A stretch of DNA of 63,874 nt, the filler included, from Nemertoderma westbladi (lineage: Eukaryota; Animalia; Xenacoelomorpha), in the NCBI GenBank assembly GCA_032718475.1. It is 3 parts of 3 records of this genome, joined end to end, with 100 filler letters (N's around TTAATTAATTAA, not from the genome) between each part and the next. Parts side by side here need not be neighbours in the genome. Positions count along the whole stretch, not along the records: positions 1 to 23,483 come from JAUCBJ010001400.1; positions 23,584 to 54,818 come from JAUCBJ010000842.1; 1 more part is not named here. One strand, given 5' to 3'. The first letter of the stretch is position 1. The number at the start of each line of letters is the position of its first letter. The position numbers were made by a program, and so were the translations under genes. The notes below the pieces were generated by a model. The model ran no database searches, was not told the DNA's origin, and saw nothing but the letters and a program-made list of their open reading frames with translations. This document shows positions 12,920-26,207 of this stretch, piece after piece.

Positions 12920-15900
12920 ATGCCCCACAAGCGCCTACGGATAATGCGCGGGGCGGGTTAGGTGAACCGCGGCACCCGACGACGGAGAATAGTAGGGGGA
13001 TTGCGAATATCCCCAGGAGCATCCAACCTTGTAGAGAGAGAGAGGTTGGCGTGCGACGAGACGTCGAGCCCAGTCGGAAGACGGAAGAAGAACAGTGGAG
13101 TTTAACTGGGAGGTCGACGAGAGATCTCATGAGCGGGGACGCTACACTGAAGAGAGAAGAAGAGAAGAGAATAGAGGAAGCGTTGCTACGAGCAACCGGA
13201 GAGCGAGGACGGACAGCGAACCGTCGGTAGTAGAGATGGAGTTGGAGAGTCAGTGGGGTCGAACTCCGGGTATACCATACGCCGGGAGAGGGGTACAGGA
13301 TGTACCGGTACGAAGACGAGTACAGGAGAGGGGATCGAAGAGAAACTTCACGACGGGATGTAGCTGCCGACCGAGAATACGGTAGTCGCGGGGAGGACTT
13401 CGGTCCGGAGGGACACATTCAGACTGCAGGACATACTGTAGGCCTTACTGCACATACTATAGGCCATGCTGGGAGAGATAGTGTAGAGGATAGGGTGGCG
13501 CGAACGACGGGATTAGATCCGGAAGTCACGGCGTATATACCAGTAGGTAGGCAAGAGGTGGATAGGCCTATACCGGTACCAGCATAGCAGTATGACTATA
13601 ATATGCAGGGACATAACATATATCCAGGGGACGGGAGAGTTATTGCGGATAGGTGTATGGGCCCCAATATATTAACATCAACCCCAGTACCAAACATACC
13701 ACCGGTGGGGGGGGGGGGGCAGAGTGACATTCCCCCATTACAATATCAACAATACACTCAAACAGGAATACGAACATCGAACCCCCTGGACGAGAACAGA
13801 TCTTGCGACACAGAAATATGGAGGGGGCCGTTACCCCCGATGGTATATCCGACACAAAGAAAGTCAACGGGCCCGACAGGCGGACCGTACCCAACGGGAG
13901 AATCTGTACAGCATCCTTCGAACCCATTGGAAGCACAGGCAATGGGAATGGCTACACTAATCGATGCGCTCAAGACCAGAATCGAGCTACCACCCGTAGA
14001 GCCATTTAAATTCGACGGAAGTAGGCCGGAAGAATACCTTCAATTCCGGCACATGTACAGCAATGAGATATTAACTAAAAACCTGACGCAGGCGGAGTTC
14101 CTAAAATATCTACAGGTATACACAGGAGGCCCAGCGTACGACATCGTGAGGCAGTATCAGGGCATCGAGGGTGGCTTCACAACTGCATGGCGGGCCCTAG
14201 ACAGGGAATACGGACACCCTGCCAAGATCATCCGGCAAACCCTGAGGGGTATAACATCGGGTGGCCTACAGGACAACCCTGTTAGCATAAAGACCTTTGC
14301 GAACAAGGTCGAGAAGGCGTTAATCATGTTGAAAACGCTAGATGCGCCATACGAACTCAACGCATCTAACAATATCACCACGATAGCGCAGGCACTGCCA
14401 ATCTGGCTGCGCAATAAATGGAGAAAGATCGCCTTCTCCACCCGGGAGAAGAAAGGTGCAGAACCGGGCCTAGAGGAAATGTTGAACTTTCTCAACTACG
14501 AAGCAGAGTTAATTACAGACCCAGTCTACAGCGAGGATAGTCTGGGGAAGGCGCCAAGGGCCGAATACAACAGGCCAAAACCGGAGCATAATGCGGCAAA
14601 TGCGTTGCCAAAATTAAGACAATCCCTACCATATGCGGCGACACAGGGGACTGCAAGTCCACAGATAGCTGGAAGTGGGGCCAGACTGTGGCACGAACAG
14701 GGACAAAATAACAACACGAACAAATATAATCCCAACACACCCAGTAGGCCAAACCCAAATAACCAAAACACTAAACTGGTAGACGTGAACCTACGCGCAA
14801 TACGTGTAGGGCTATATAGGGAACGTTACAATCCAGAATACAAATGTCAATTGCATAAAGACAGAACCCATAAGACCATGGACTGTAAGCATTGGCAGGC
14901 GTTACCCGAACAAGATCGGAAAGCTTATGCGGATAAGAATGGAATTTGTCACCGATGAGTGATAGGGGGACAGAAGGTTGAAGAGTGTAAGGAGACACCA
15001 GTAAGATTCGGTCAAGGCAAAGGTCAAACAATGGCGACAAGCACCATAGGGGCAAAGAAAAGGGGAACAGTACTACTCGGGGTAGTGCCAGTGAGGGTGA
15101 TAGGAGAAGGCGGTCGATCAGTTACTACGCTGATGCTGGTCGACAGCGGAGCAGCCTTCATGTTGGTGGAGAATTGGGTGGCCGAGGAGATAGAAGACGA
15201 GGCCAAGCAGGATGGCGGTAACAACCATCTCCAGCAAAGATGAGGTCCTGGAGATGAGGACGGGACGGTGCGAGATATTAGCGATAGCACCGGGATGTGA
15301 CTATAGGGTGACCATCGACCTCATCCAGGTGATAGAATCGATCAACATAAACGCCAGGCGAACAACCAACATCGAGGTCGAGCAATACAGATTCCTGGAC
15401 AACATCAATTTCTCGATACCGGAGGTGGACGTCAGGAAGGTATCCATCATAGTGGGAATGGATTGCACGACGGCCCACGAGAGAATACAGACGATCTTTG
15501 GAGAAGACAGACAGCGTAATCCGATGGCAATCCTCACGCCATTCGGATGGACGCTGAGCGGCCCAATCAAAACCAAAATTCCATTTAGGATGTCGGAGAC
15601 ATTGGGGTGCATGTTCGCGGGGACTATGAGGGAGATGGAAGATGAAGGAGCGGAGGAGCAGCTGAAGAGACTGTTGAGATAGGATTTTGGGGGACTAAAG
15701 GAGACTGGGGTCGGAACCTCGGTAGAGGATAAACAAGCGGAACAGAGTGTAAAGGAGTCGATGAGATGCGAGGAGGGACGGTACACCATAGGCATGGTGT
15801 GGAAACAGCCAAAGTTACCGTTGCCTGACAACAAGAGGATGGTACTCACGAGGCTTCGCAAACTGAAGCAAACCCTGAAACGGAGCCCCAAGAAGGATGA

Positions 15901-18558
15901 GTATATCCATAAGATGATAAAGAAGTACGTCGAGAAAGGATGGGCCGTGGAGTTGCCAGTCGACGAACCGAACACGGACAGGACCTACTACGTGACACTT
16001 CATGTGGCTTTAGATCCAAAGAAAGGTAAACTGCGGATGGTAATTGACGCGTCAGCTAAAACCAATGGCAAAAGTCTAAATGACTATCTGCTGGAGGGCC
16101 CCAATATCTACAACTCGGAGATTGAGGTCTTATTGAGATTTAGAAATGGAAGACACGCCTTCACTTGCGACATCGAAGGCATGTTCAACCAAGTCCGTGT
16201 GATGGTGGAGGACAGTGACAGCCAGCGCTTCCTATGGTACAACGGCGGCGAGGAACTGTCAACAATACTGATGTACAAGATGGCGGTGCAGAATATGGGG
16301 GCCAAGTCGTCCTCATTCACGACGACTGTGGCTGTAAGAGATACAGTAGAGGGGAAAGAAGGAAAGTGTAGCGCCAAAGCGATCAATATGATTCGATGCG
16401 GCTTCTATGTAGACGATGGAATGGAGTCTGGAAACACGGTTAAAGAATTACTGGACACAGGGCGCGAGGTTCGCGACATCCTGAAAGGATCCGGATTTAA
16501 CCTGACCATGTTTCAATCCAGCTCAGAGGAGTTTATGAAGCCATAGAGGATAGGCAGCCAGAGTCGACCATGGACAACCCCATGACAGCCAAAGGACAGG
16601 ACATGGCAAACAAAAGAGTGGAGTCTCAGCAGAAGGCGCTGGGGATCGTGTGGAACCGGGAGACAGACGAGTTAAAATATCAACTGAGCCAGGAGGGCTC
16701 GGACATCCACACAAAGAGGGGCTATGTATCATACATAGCAAGGATATACGATCCCTTAGGCCTAGCATCCCCATTGTTAGTCACAGGGAAACAGATACTT
16801 AAGAAAGTATACAAGTTAAAGGACGAGTGGGATACAGAGGTCCCGGAAGAAATTAGCAAGCAATGGAATAAGTGGACGGGGAGTTTAGAACAGATGGGGA
16901 CGTACAGCATGCCACGCGTGTATTTCCCGGACGGGGACATGACGGATCTGGACCTACACATGTTCTCCGATGCATCATTGGAAGCATACGGAGCGGCACT
17001 CTACCTAGTACAGCGAAAGGGGGCTCACAAGCCCAGACTTGCATTCAGTAAAGCGAAGTCGACGCCGCCAGTTTCAGCATCGGTCCCGAAACTCGAGTTG
17101 ACAGCTGCAAGATTAGGAGTAAGGGCCACAGCCTACTTGATGGACACTATTCCCAACATAGTGGAAACACACTACTGGACGGACTCTATGGTAGTGCTTG
17201 GATGGCTGCACAATGAGAAGACGAGATACCCTATATTTGTCGCGAATAGGGTGGACGAAATAAGGGCGACGACAGACTTGGAAAGGCAGCAGGGACAGCG
17301 AGCTCATCATGCTGTCACCACAACTCAACGATGACGGGATTCTGGTGATGAATTCCAGAGTGCTGAATAACAACAGCCTTATCATCCCACCAAAACCCAT
17401 TATCATCCCCAACAGATCGCCGATAGTCCACCAGATCATTTGGGACTCCCACAAGTCGATATTGCACGGAGGCACCAACCAGACCCTCACAGAAATTCGG
17501 AGGACCTTCTGGATCGCGCAGTTAAGGAAGAAGGTGAAGGCGGTAATGGCACAGTGCCAGACCTGCCAACGGACAAGAAAGGAGAGGGCCGTACAGGAGA
17601 TGGCGCCATTACCGGCCGTAGGGTGAGATAGCACGACCCGCCATTCATGCACTGCGGCGTAGACATGTTCGGGCCGATCAAGATCAAGGTGATGCGACAC
17701 ACGGAGAAATGATACCGCATCATCTTCGTATGTAACAACACGAGGGCGGTAGGAATAGAACTCGCCCAAGACGCCAAGGCATCGGCATTCATCAATGCCT
17801 TAGAGATATTTAGAGACCGCAAAGGTGGAACGATCGCAGTGATCTATTCTGACAATGGGGCCAACTTTGTGGGAGCAAAGAACGAGTTGGCGGAGGCCTT
17901 GGACATCCTAGAAGGAGAAGAGGTCCGGGCAGCCATGAGACGACAACAGGTGAAGAGGGAAAGGAGGACGCCGTATACGCCAGATACATTAGGGTGCTTC
18001 GAGAGGCTTGTGGGTAGTTCCAAGCGTCTGATGACGAAGTTGATCAACACCCACATGGTGACAGAAGATGTACTAAGGACGGTACTAGCAAAGTGCGAGG
18101 GAATCATCAATAGCAGACCGCTATATCCAGAGAATGACGACCCGGAATCACTAGACGTGCTAACACCGAGCCACTTTCTGATGGAAAGGCCAGCGACCAT
18201 TGACATGCGGGGTGTAGTCCCAGATGACATACACTCCCGACAGAGTTGGAAAGTCGCCACGGCGATAAGCGCAGAGTATTGGAGGAGGTGGGTCGAGGAA
18301 TATCTACCCACATTACACAGGAGGAGCAAGTGGAGAAATACCACTAGAGAGTTAAAGAAAGGTGATTTGGTGATCGTCACCGATGACACAATCATCAACA
18401 ACCAGTGGAGGCTAGCGAGAGTAGTAGACACTTACCCCGACGAGGATGGAAGAGTCCGATCAGTGGAAGTGCGGACAGGGGGTAAGATAGGAGCAAAGGA
18501 TAGGAAGACCTACAGGAGGGCTGTCGGAAAGTGCTGCCTGCTAGAAGGGGCACCATAG
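12920..18558 (+). pseudogene. BEL/Pao gag-pol (stops, frameshifts, deletion near 17282)
   Basis: KFDGSRPEEY gag domain, protease MLVDSGA, TPFGWTLSG, RT DIEGMFNQV and FYVDD, RH FSDAS, PKLELTAA, WTDS, IN YSDNGANFVGA, FERLV, LTPSHFL, YWRRWVEEYLPTL. Confidence 0.93.
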
Positions 18559-18659
18559 AGTTTAGTCGTCCAAATGTTGGACTGAGGGGGGTGGGATTGA
18601 GGGTGAAACGCCCTTCCCACACAAAATATAAAAAATAAAATAAAAAAATAATAAAATAA

Positions 18660-19200
18660 AATAATAGAAAGAAAGTTAGAAAGGAGAAAGTCAGAAAGTG
18701 ATAGTAGTTAGTAGATAGTACGTAGCACTAAGTAGTAGTTAGAAAGTTAGCAGAAGTTAGTTGTAGTTAGAAAGTTAGTAGTAGTTAGAAAGTTAACAGA
18801 AGTTAGTAATAGTTAGAAAGTTAATAGAAGTTAGTAAGAGTAAGAGGGTATATAGTACCGTAAGAGTTAGAAGTTAGAGATCAGGGAGTGTGGTATAGAG
18901 ACATACCACGGGAGTAAGAGGGTACATAGTACCGTTAGATTTAGAAGAATAGGGAGTGTGGTATAGAGACATACCACGAGGGTAGTAGGAGGGTACATAG
19001 TACCGTTGGAATTAGAGAGTCAGAGAGTTAGTAGAGTTGGAGTGGTAGTAGAGTTGGAGAGTTAGTAGAGTTGGAGAGTTACTAGAGCTAGAGAGTAAGA
19101 GAGTTAGTAGAGTTGGAGAGTTAGTAGAGTTGGAGAGTTAGTAGAGTTAGAGTTAGAGAGTTAGTAGAGCTAATGGAGTTAGTAGAGTTAGCAGTAATAG
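18660..19200 (+). repeat. Purine-rich tandem repeats in BEL 3' region
   Basis: AGTTAG(T)AG(A) units, 18-bp AGAGTTAGTAGAGTTGG-type units and a roughly 70-bp unit repeated 2-3 times; very few C. Confidence 0.85.
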
Positions 19201-20298
19201 AGTAGAGAATATGGTATATGGATACAACACACCATAGCAGTAAGTAGTAAGTACATAGTAAGAGACAAGTAGAGAGGTGGGTACGATGATAGCACAGAAC
19301 AGGGGCAAAATACAGATAAAACAGAAAAAAAATCAAAATAAAATTAAGAATATCAGGACCACCCCCGAACTACAGAAGAGCCTTCAAGGTGGCCTTCGAA
19401 GGTCTGGTAGACCACCCGGGGCTGAAGGGCGAGTCGGTGTACTACAACAACCGGCATCTAGTAGACAGGGAGGTGGACATACCATATCAGAGGTGGGAGA
19501 AGTTGGAAGCGGATAGACTTGAGGAGAAGCGACTGGAAGAAGTTGCCAAACGAGAAAGGTGGAGAAAGAATGAAACGGGCGAGACCGGGAGTGACGAGTC
19601 ATATCACCTCCGAACAGGGGGGTTAAGGCGCGTCATGTAGACGAGCATATAATATAATATATAATTATAATAATTAATTGTTATATATAACTCGTATATA
19701 TATTATACAGTATGTACCATAGTCAAGTACAACCTTTTTCCAATTAGCTACTGGGACTGGGGACTAATTGACTAAGGCGACAGGACGGGACTTAGACGGC
19801 TCCCACTAACATGTGCGCACATGTGTGGGGCCCAATAAGTGTACAAGGAATGAAAACGAGAATGGGGAATCGGGGGGAAGAATGGAGAGGAGATGTTGAC
19901 ACGATGAGGGAAAGTGAGAGGAGTGCGGTTCGGGTGTGGGGAACGAGCAGTGAGAAAGAGAGAGTAAGGGACAGAGAGGTCCGAGGTTGAGATAGTCTAG
20001 AGTGGAGTTAGAGTGGAGTTAGAGTGGAGTTAGAGCGAGCTCAGAGTGAGGGAGTTTTTAAAATTGTGTGAGGAGTCCACAATTGTCTCAAACAGAGACG
20101 TCAGATGTCATGCTGCAACATAGGTTGTGGTTGCACCAAGAAGGGGTAGTAATATCATACACAGAGGGAGCGGCCTGGAAAGCCGACTCCAAGAAAAGAA
20201 CTCCACCCCACACCCGATAGTAGATCGGGTTCCAGCGGAATTGAAGCGCACTTGTAGGTGATGCTATCTTCTCACCGGGAAGATAGCATGGAGGGGAG

Positions 20299-20918
20299 TG
20301 TAAGCGGATTCAATTCCACCGCACTACCCTCATAAAATGGGAAGTGGCATTTTCAGCAATGTTGGAGATACGAGATTAGCAATAACTAATCTCGTATCAC
20401 AACCAACACTGGGGAGAACACAAACCCCAAAGCCACACAAGGGAAGGTTAGAGGTCAAACCACCTCGGAAGGGGGAACAGCCAGCAGGGGCCAACAGGGG
20501 GGGAAACACTCCCAGAGAGGGGAGAGGCATGAAGTAGATTATTAGCCAATGGGGGCGAAGGAGGCATCCACTAGGTGAAAGGCCACAGTAGTATAGGAGT
20601 AATTATACATATATTATGCCATTACCGGTCTTGCTATTCAGTTATTCAGTTATTGGTTTTTAGTGCAGACCGGTGACATTCCTCACCATCACCAACGTCA
20701 CCAATATATCCACACATACCGGTATCCATCGAAACTGTCGTTATTCAGTTATTGTTATTGTGCTATTATTATCACTGTATTAATATTCTGCAATAGTATC
20801 AAGAAACAACAACGAACTCTCATCCTTATTATTTCAACACAACGGCCTCGGCCTAACTACTAGACAAACGGTGACGCGTAGTTTATTGATCCGGTCGGGA
20901 TCCCTTGATCCCGTCACA
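20299..20918 (+). repeat. Complete LTR (type B, 620 bp) preceded by PPT
   Basis: TGTAAG...GTCACA; PPT GGAGGGGAG at 20290-20298; 3' end similar to 21430-21479 and 63771-63830 (-). Confidence 0.9.
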
Positions 20919-21479
20919 ACGAGATTACCAATATTAATCTCGTATCATAACCAACATTGGGGGAGGGCAACACAAGCCCCAAAGCCACATAGAAAGGAAG
21001 GTGAGAGGTCAAACCACCTCGGAGGGAACACAGCAAGTAGAGGCTAGCAGCAGAGGGGAAACACTCCCAGAGAGTGCCAGGGTGACAAGTAGCATATTAG
21101 CCAATAGAGGGGAGGGAAGCACGTGATAGGGAACATGAAAGCATCCATTGGGTAGGAGGCCAAGGTAGAGTAGGAGGTAAAGCAATATCTAGTGTATCAA
21201 TCATATATTATGTCAGATTCTTGGATTGGTACATCAGTTGGTTATTCAGTTTAGTGCAGACCGGTAACAATTATTCACCGTCATCGGCACTATCGTACCG
21301 GTATCTATTATATCTGTATTTCTGCCGTATTAATTGTGCTATCATTTTATAACATCAAGAGACAACACCAAACTCTTATTGTTTTCTCCAACAACCTCGG
21401 CCAAGCTGTTAGCACCATCCCGAAGCAGAACGGTGACGTGTAGTACAATTACCCGGTCGGGATCTCTGATCCCGTCACA
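20919..21479 (+). repeat. 3' LTR (type A) lacking its first ~75 bp
   Basis: Continues the type A sequence from ACGAGATTACC; ends GTCACA then TSD. Confidence 0.88.
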
Positions 21480-21484
21480 ATAGC

Positions 21485-23483
21485 TAGGAAGGTTGCAACA
21501 GATATTACATCAATATGGAGAAAAGCATCAATCCCCTTTATGAATTTTAATAAAATTATTCAATTAAATATAATGACAACTACCAAGTTGTATTACAAAA
21601 ATCGAAGATACAAGGAGAGCGATATATTGGAAAATTACAAATATTCAAAGACGATTCTATTAAGCTTTTTGATATTGCTGCTTGTCGCTGTGATGTACGT
21701 GTGTAAAAGACTTCATGGTTCCACTGCTAGAAAGAACATTTCTAAACGATCAGAGAACAACTCGTAGGATGGGAATTGGAGGCTTAGATTTGGAAACAAC
21801 ATTAGCATTGGAAGCTAGATTAAGTCGAAATTTGGAATGTGCTGCTACTTCAGCAGCAGCCAATGCGAAAAAACGTAGTCATTCTCCAGACATGCAGTTG
21901 TTAGATGACACTGAAGACCCTATATTAGAGGTTGGTGATGGGGATGACCCAAACTTCAGAGTTTATACACCATCCACCTCCAAACAAATGAGATTGGAAA
22001 TGCCAACAGTAGCTAGGGAGTGTAATAGTTATGGGACTTCAGATAGGAATGGAGCAGCAATTGCTTCAGCTGCATTACAAGATCTTGGGTTGATTGAACC
22101 TGATGATATGCATTTGGTTATAGATCGCAATAAACTTAGAAGAGAGCGAACAAAGCTTAGGACTGCATTGCAGGAAACACAGCAGCCAGATTCCATATCT
22201 AGTCTTTAGTATGATGGAAAAAAAGACATTACAAAATGTCAACTTGAAGTAAATGGCAAATTTTATCCAAGCACATCGTCAAAGGAACATATCTCCCTTT
22301 TGGAACAACCAAATGCAAATTATTTAGGTCACATCCCCCAGATTCAGTGACATCCAAAAATATATTTCAAACAATTATTAATTTTTTGGAGAGTAATCAA
22401 ATAGGGTATAAAGATATGTGATGCATTGGTTGCGATGGAACTAATGTAAATACTGGTCATTTAGGTGGGATTATTCGTCTATTTGAGGCTCATTTAAACA
22501 AATCACTAAACTGGTTTATCTGCTTACTGCATGTGAATGAACTACCATTTAGATACCTCTTATATCATTTAGATGGAACAACAACAGGACCAAACTCTTT
22601 TTCGGGGAAAACAGGCAAATTAGTATCTGCATGTGAAAAACTTCCTGTTATAAAATACAAATACATCCAAGGTCCAGATCTTCCATCATTTCTTGAAAAA
22701 TATACTGACCTTAGTAAACAATGATCATCATTATCTATATAAGTAAAGCTGTAAAACTGAAACTTATCCTGCATCGTTATCTGTTCTAAATCCTGGTCCT
22801 ATTTCGCATTCAAGATGGATAACTACAGCCAATAGAATTCTCCGTTTATATATTTCCACACCGACCCCATCATATTTACTCGAAATACTATCAAGTTATG
22901 TGATCAAAGTTTATGTGCATATCTGGTTTGAAATTAAGACTGATCCGGAATTCATACATGGCCCTAAACATCTGTTTAGCCTTATTGCTAAGACACGTTA
23001 TCTAACATCCGAACTGAGGGCAATAGTAGATCCTGTTATCCAATGCAATGCATACTTTTGCCACCCTGATAATTTGATTTTAAGTATGTTGCATGATACA
23101 AGGGAGTATGTTAGAAGACTTGCCTTTCACCGTATTATGGCAGCTAGAGCAAAGAAAGATCAAAAACTGCGACAATAAATACTCAATACCAACTCTTAAT
23201 TTCGCAGCTCAAGACTACATAGACGTTATCCATTGGTCTACTGTAGAGAAGAGTGAACCACCAATCTTACGTGGTATTAACTCAGAGAAGTTAAGAGAAG
23301 CTGCTGTTGGAGTGAGAGCATTAGATCTTCCGGCATATCCTTGTCATACGCAGTGTGTTGAGCGCTGTGTGAGAATTGTCTCAGAAGCTTCCCTCTCAGT
23401 ACTTGGGGTCGAAAGGCGAGATGGGTTCATTCACGCCAGACTTGAATCTCGGAAAGTCATTCCATCATTTCAATCAAAGAAAG
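21485..23483 (+). pseudogene. hATm-like DDE transposase, 3' part, decayed
   Basis: YDGKKD, IGCDGTNVNTG, WFICLLHVNELP, NAYFCHPDNL, PCHTQCVERCV; many stops; runs into the gap. Confidence 0.8.
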
Positions 23484-23583
23484 NNNNNNNNNNNNNNNNN
23501 NNNNNNNNNNNNNNNNNNNNNNNNNNNTTAATTAATTAANNNNNNNNNNNNNNNNNNNNNNNNNNNNNNNNNNNNNNNNNNNN
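23484..23583. other. Artificial contig linker
   Basis: 44 N + TTAATTAATTAA (stops in all six frames) + 44 N. Confidence 0.97.
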
Positions 23584-24244
23584 CAATTAGAAGCCAGATT
23601 CCCGTTGCATCACTACTGTAGTGCTATAATTTTTAGAACATTTAGAAATATTAAAGGGGGCGGTAATATTTCAAAATTTTACAAAAATTATATCCTATAT
23701 TGCAAAACGAAATGTTTTTAGATTAACACCAGTGGTTATATAAATTCATCCCTGCCCTAGTCGACACCTCCATTCGTCTTATCTCTCAGCACACCTTGGC
23801 GGCTCATTCTTTTACATGTATACACCCCCACCCCCCTCCCAACCCCACCCAAACAAACAAACACGACCAACACACAATGGTTACGAACTTCATTCAAACA
23901 AAATACCTCATTAATAAATCTATTAAGCATCCTATGTAATATAGGCACCCTATTCAATTATTTAATAATGGCCTAATTGCGCATTCAAAATATATATATA
24001 TATGTATATAACATAGAAAATTTCATAGTTACCCGCTAGATGACGCTAAACTTTGTCAACTATATACATGTATAACTATTTCTTATACATACCGCATATC
24101 TTTCTCAGTGGGACCAGTGGCCTAAAAGCTGCGAGGAATATACATATATATATATATATATATATAAATTTTTAAAATTGTAAATAATTTTGAATTGTTA
24201 TAGTTCAGTTAAGTTAAGATATTTAAACTTTCATATATATGCAG

Positions 24245-24411
24245 GGAGTCCGTATGATATCAAATCAATAATGTATTATCCTGGATACCATTGGAGTTAA
24301 AATGGTCTACCAACAATTACCTCAGTTGCTACAGGTGAGCCAGTAAAGCGGAATACATCGCCATCAGCTGTAGACTATGCACAAATCAATGCCTTATATG
24401 GATGTGCATGA
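24245..24411 (+). pseudogene. Terminal exon of an astacin-family zinc metalloprotease with internal stop
   Basis: After a TGCAG acceptor reads SPYDIKSIMYYPGYHWS*NGLPTITSVATGEPVKRNTSPSAVDYAQINALYGCA*, matching the astacin YDxxSIMHY Met-turn, NGxPTI and DxxxINxLYxC. Confidence 0.82.
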
Positions 24412-25181
24412 TAAATAATTCTAATCATAGAGACTAGTGAAAGTGAAATATAGTAATTGTGGTGAAAGTTTACTAAGTTACTGGTGGAGTAAACGGTTAA
24501 ATAGCATTACAGCTCGCATCGGTGCGGTGCATTATTCTATCAAATATTATTAAATACACAATATCAAGTAATAATACATTGACTTAATTCAATGTCCTGG
24601 AACAGTGTCCGTCCAATCTATATTGCACCAGTGTCACTGCAAGTCCACCTGTAGTTCTTTGTTTGTTGTCAGCCCAGGCATGGAAATCTATTAACTCGCT
24701 GACTAGGAAGACCAACATCCAAGGTTAAGGCGAAGGCTGAATCTCCAGCTGGTCGCTTCAAAGGTTGGAAGGACCACTTTTAATGTCTCCTAAACAATGA
24801 CAGGCTATTGATTTCCTGACACCTTTGTGGAAAATCAAGTTTCTGAATCTGTGCTCCCAGATATAAATATACAATTTTGGCCGAAGTAAAATATGATTGC
24901 TGCATAGAGCCTTAAGACCAATCGTGCCAAGGTTGTTATACTTGAGTGTTTGGAGCTCATTAACCCCAGTATCATAGACATGTACATAAAAAAGAGAGCC
25001 CACAAGAAATGAAAATGATTAATTGATGCAACCTAAAACTCTGGATCTTTTCTTTTCTCGTTTATCAATCATCGTCAGCTATTATTAGTTAGCAATTCGT
25101 TAGACTTGATTATTGTAAAAAAAAGAGCAAAAACGAAAAAATGAAATAGATTTCTATGGGTACTTGTGAAATCGCGGTTTA

Positions 25182-25378
25182 AGCCGCGTTCACACTACCG
25201 AGGCAAAGTCATAAAGTTAGAGTCAAAGTCAGAGTCATAAATATAGCTACATAGCTAGCAATACTAAATAATAATACATTTACATAGGCCTAATATAATA
25301 CATATGGGCATTCTAGAAAAAATGTGATGTGTTTTACATTTTGTCTTTTGACTTTGACTCGGTAGTGTGAACACGGCC
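25182..25378. mobile_element. PIF/Harbinger-type MITE (197 bp)
   Basis: 30-bp imperfect TIRs (AGCCGCGTTCACACTACCGAGGCAAAGTCA vs GGCCGTGTTCACACTACCGAGTCAAAGTCA) and TTA TSD on both sides. Confidence 0.85.
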
Positions 25379-25994
25379 TTACATATAATTTTACAGAGGG
25401 GTCATCATTAAAATTACTACATTCACTACCATTGAACTACAGTTATTGGTTTTTAAACTCTGAGCAGTAGAGCAGTTAATTACTATAGCAGTATAGGGGC
25501 TGTTGCGCTGCCAGTCAGAGAAATAACAAACCGTGAGGTAAGGATTTACATCTGGGGCCCCAAAACGGACATGATAGCTTCTACATTTCCCATTGTGGGG
25601 CGTGCCACGCATTCAGGGGGAGCCTTAGCGCACGATTATAATTAGTAAATAGGGCAAAATTTCATGCCGCCCGTCTGTCTGTCTGTTTGTCTGTAATGAA
25701 AAATTCATTCGTAAATAACTTTTGAAGATTTTATTCATTTTCAACCAAATTTTGAATGGGCATACTAGAGAGAAAGTTCCAATAGTTTTGAAAGTTACGG
25801 GCAAATACCTCTCGAACTTTTGACTCCAGATCAAATCGAACTTGTTTCAAACTTGCACAACTTCGCATGCTGCGCGACGCCCCTCAAACGTGTTGAAGTA
25901 TCCTTACGTATGTATGTATTTGTCATTAATATGCCCCTTAATCGGGGATAGATAGACTGGGTGACCCGGCGGCTTTTAACACCCCAACGGTTAC

Positions 25995-26207
25995 GGATCA
26001 AGGATTTAGCTCTTTCCGTGAAATTTCCACTGAGGAGACGAAGGAACTTATAAATAACTCGAAATCTAAAACGAGTCCGCGCGACCCGATGCCGACGAGC
26101 TTGGTCAAGCTGTCCATCAATCTGCTGCTGCCTCTTATTACCTGTATTATTAATATGTCATTGTCTATGGGTACAGTTCCATCTCTGTTTAAGGAGGCAG
26201 TGTTAAC
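25995..26207 (+). mobile_element. L2-clade LINE, 5'-truncated, left piece
   Basis: SPRDPMPTSLVK...IINMSLSMGTVPSLFKEAVLT rejoins PVLKK...NFRPVSNL at 36883. Confidence 0.88.

Larger units (their letters stand above)
12475..21479 (+). mobile_element. Composite BEL/Pao LTR retrotransposon insertion
   Basis: TG...CA ends with 5-bp TSD ATAGC (12470-12474 and 21480-21484); interrupts the hATm-like ORF. Confidence 0.92.

Noticed and set aside
13640-18431. Many antisense ORFs over BEL gag-pol (also 56681-59614 on +)
   Set aside because: Shadow frames of the coding strand with no independent motifs.
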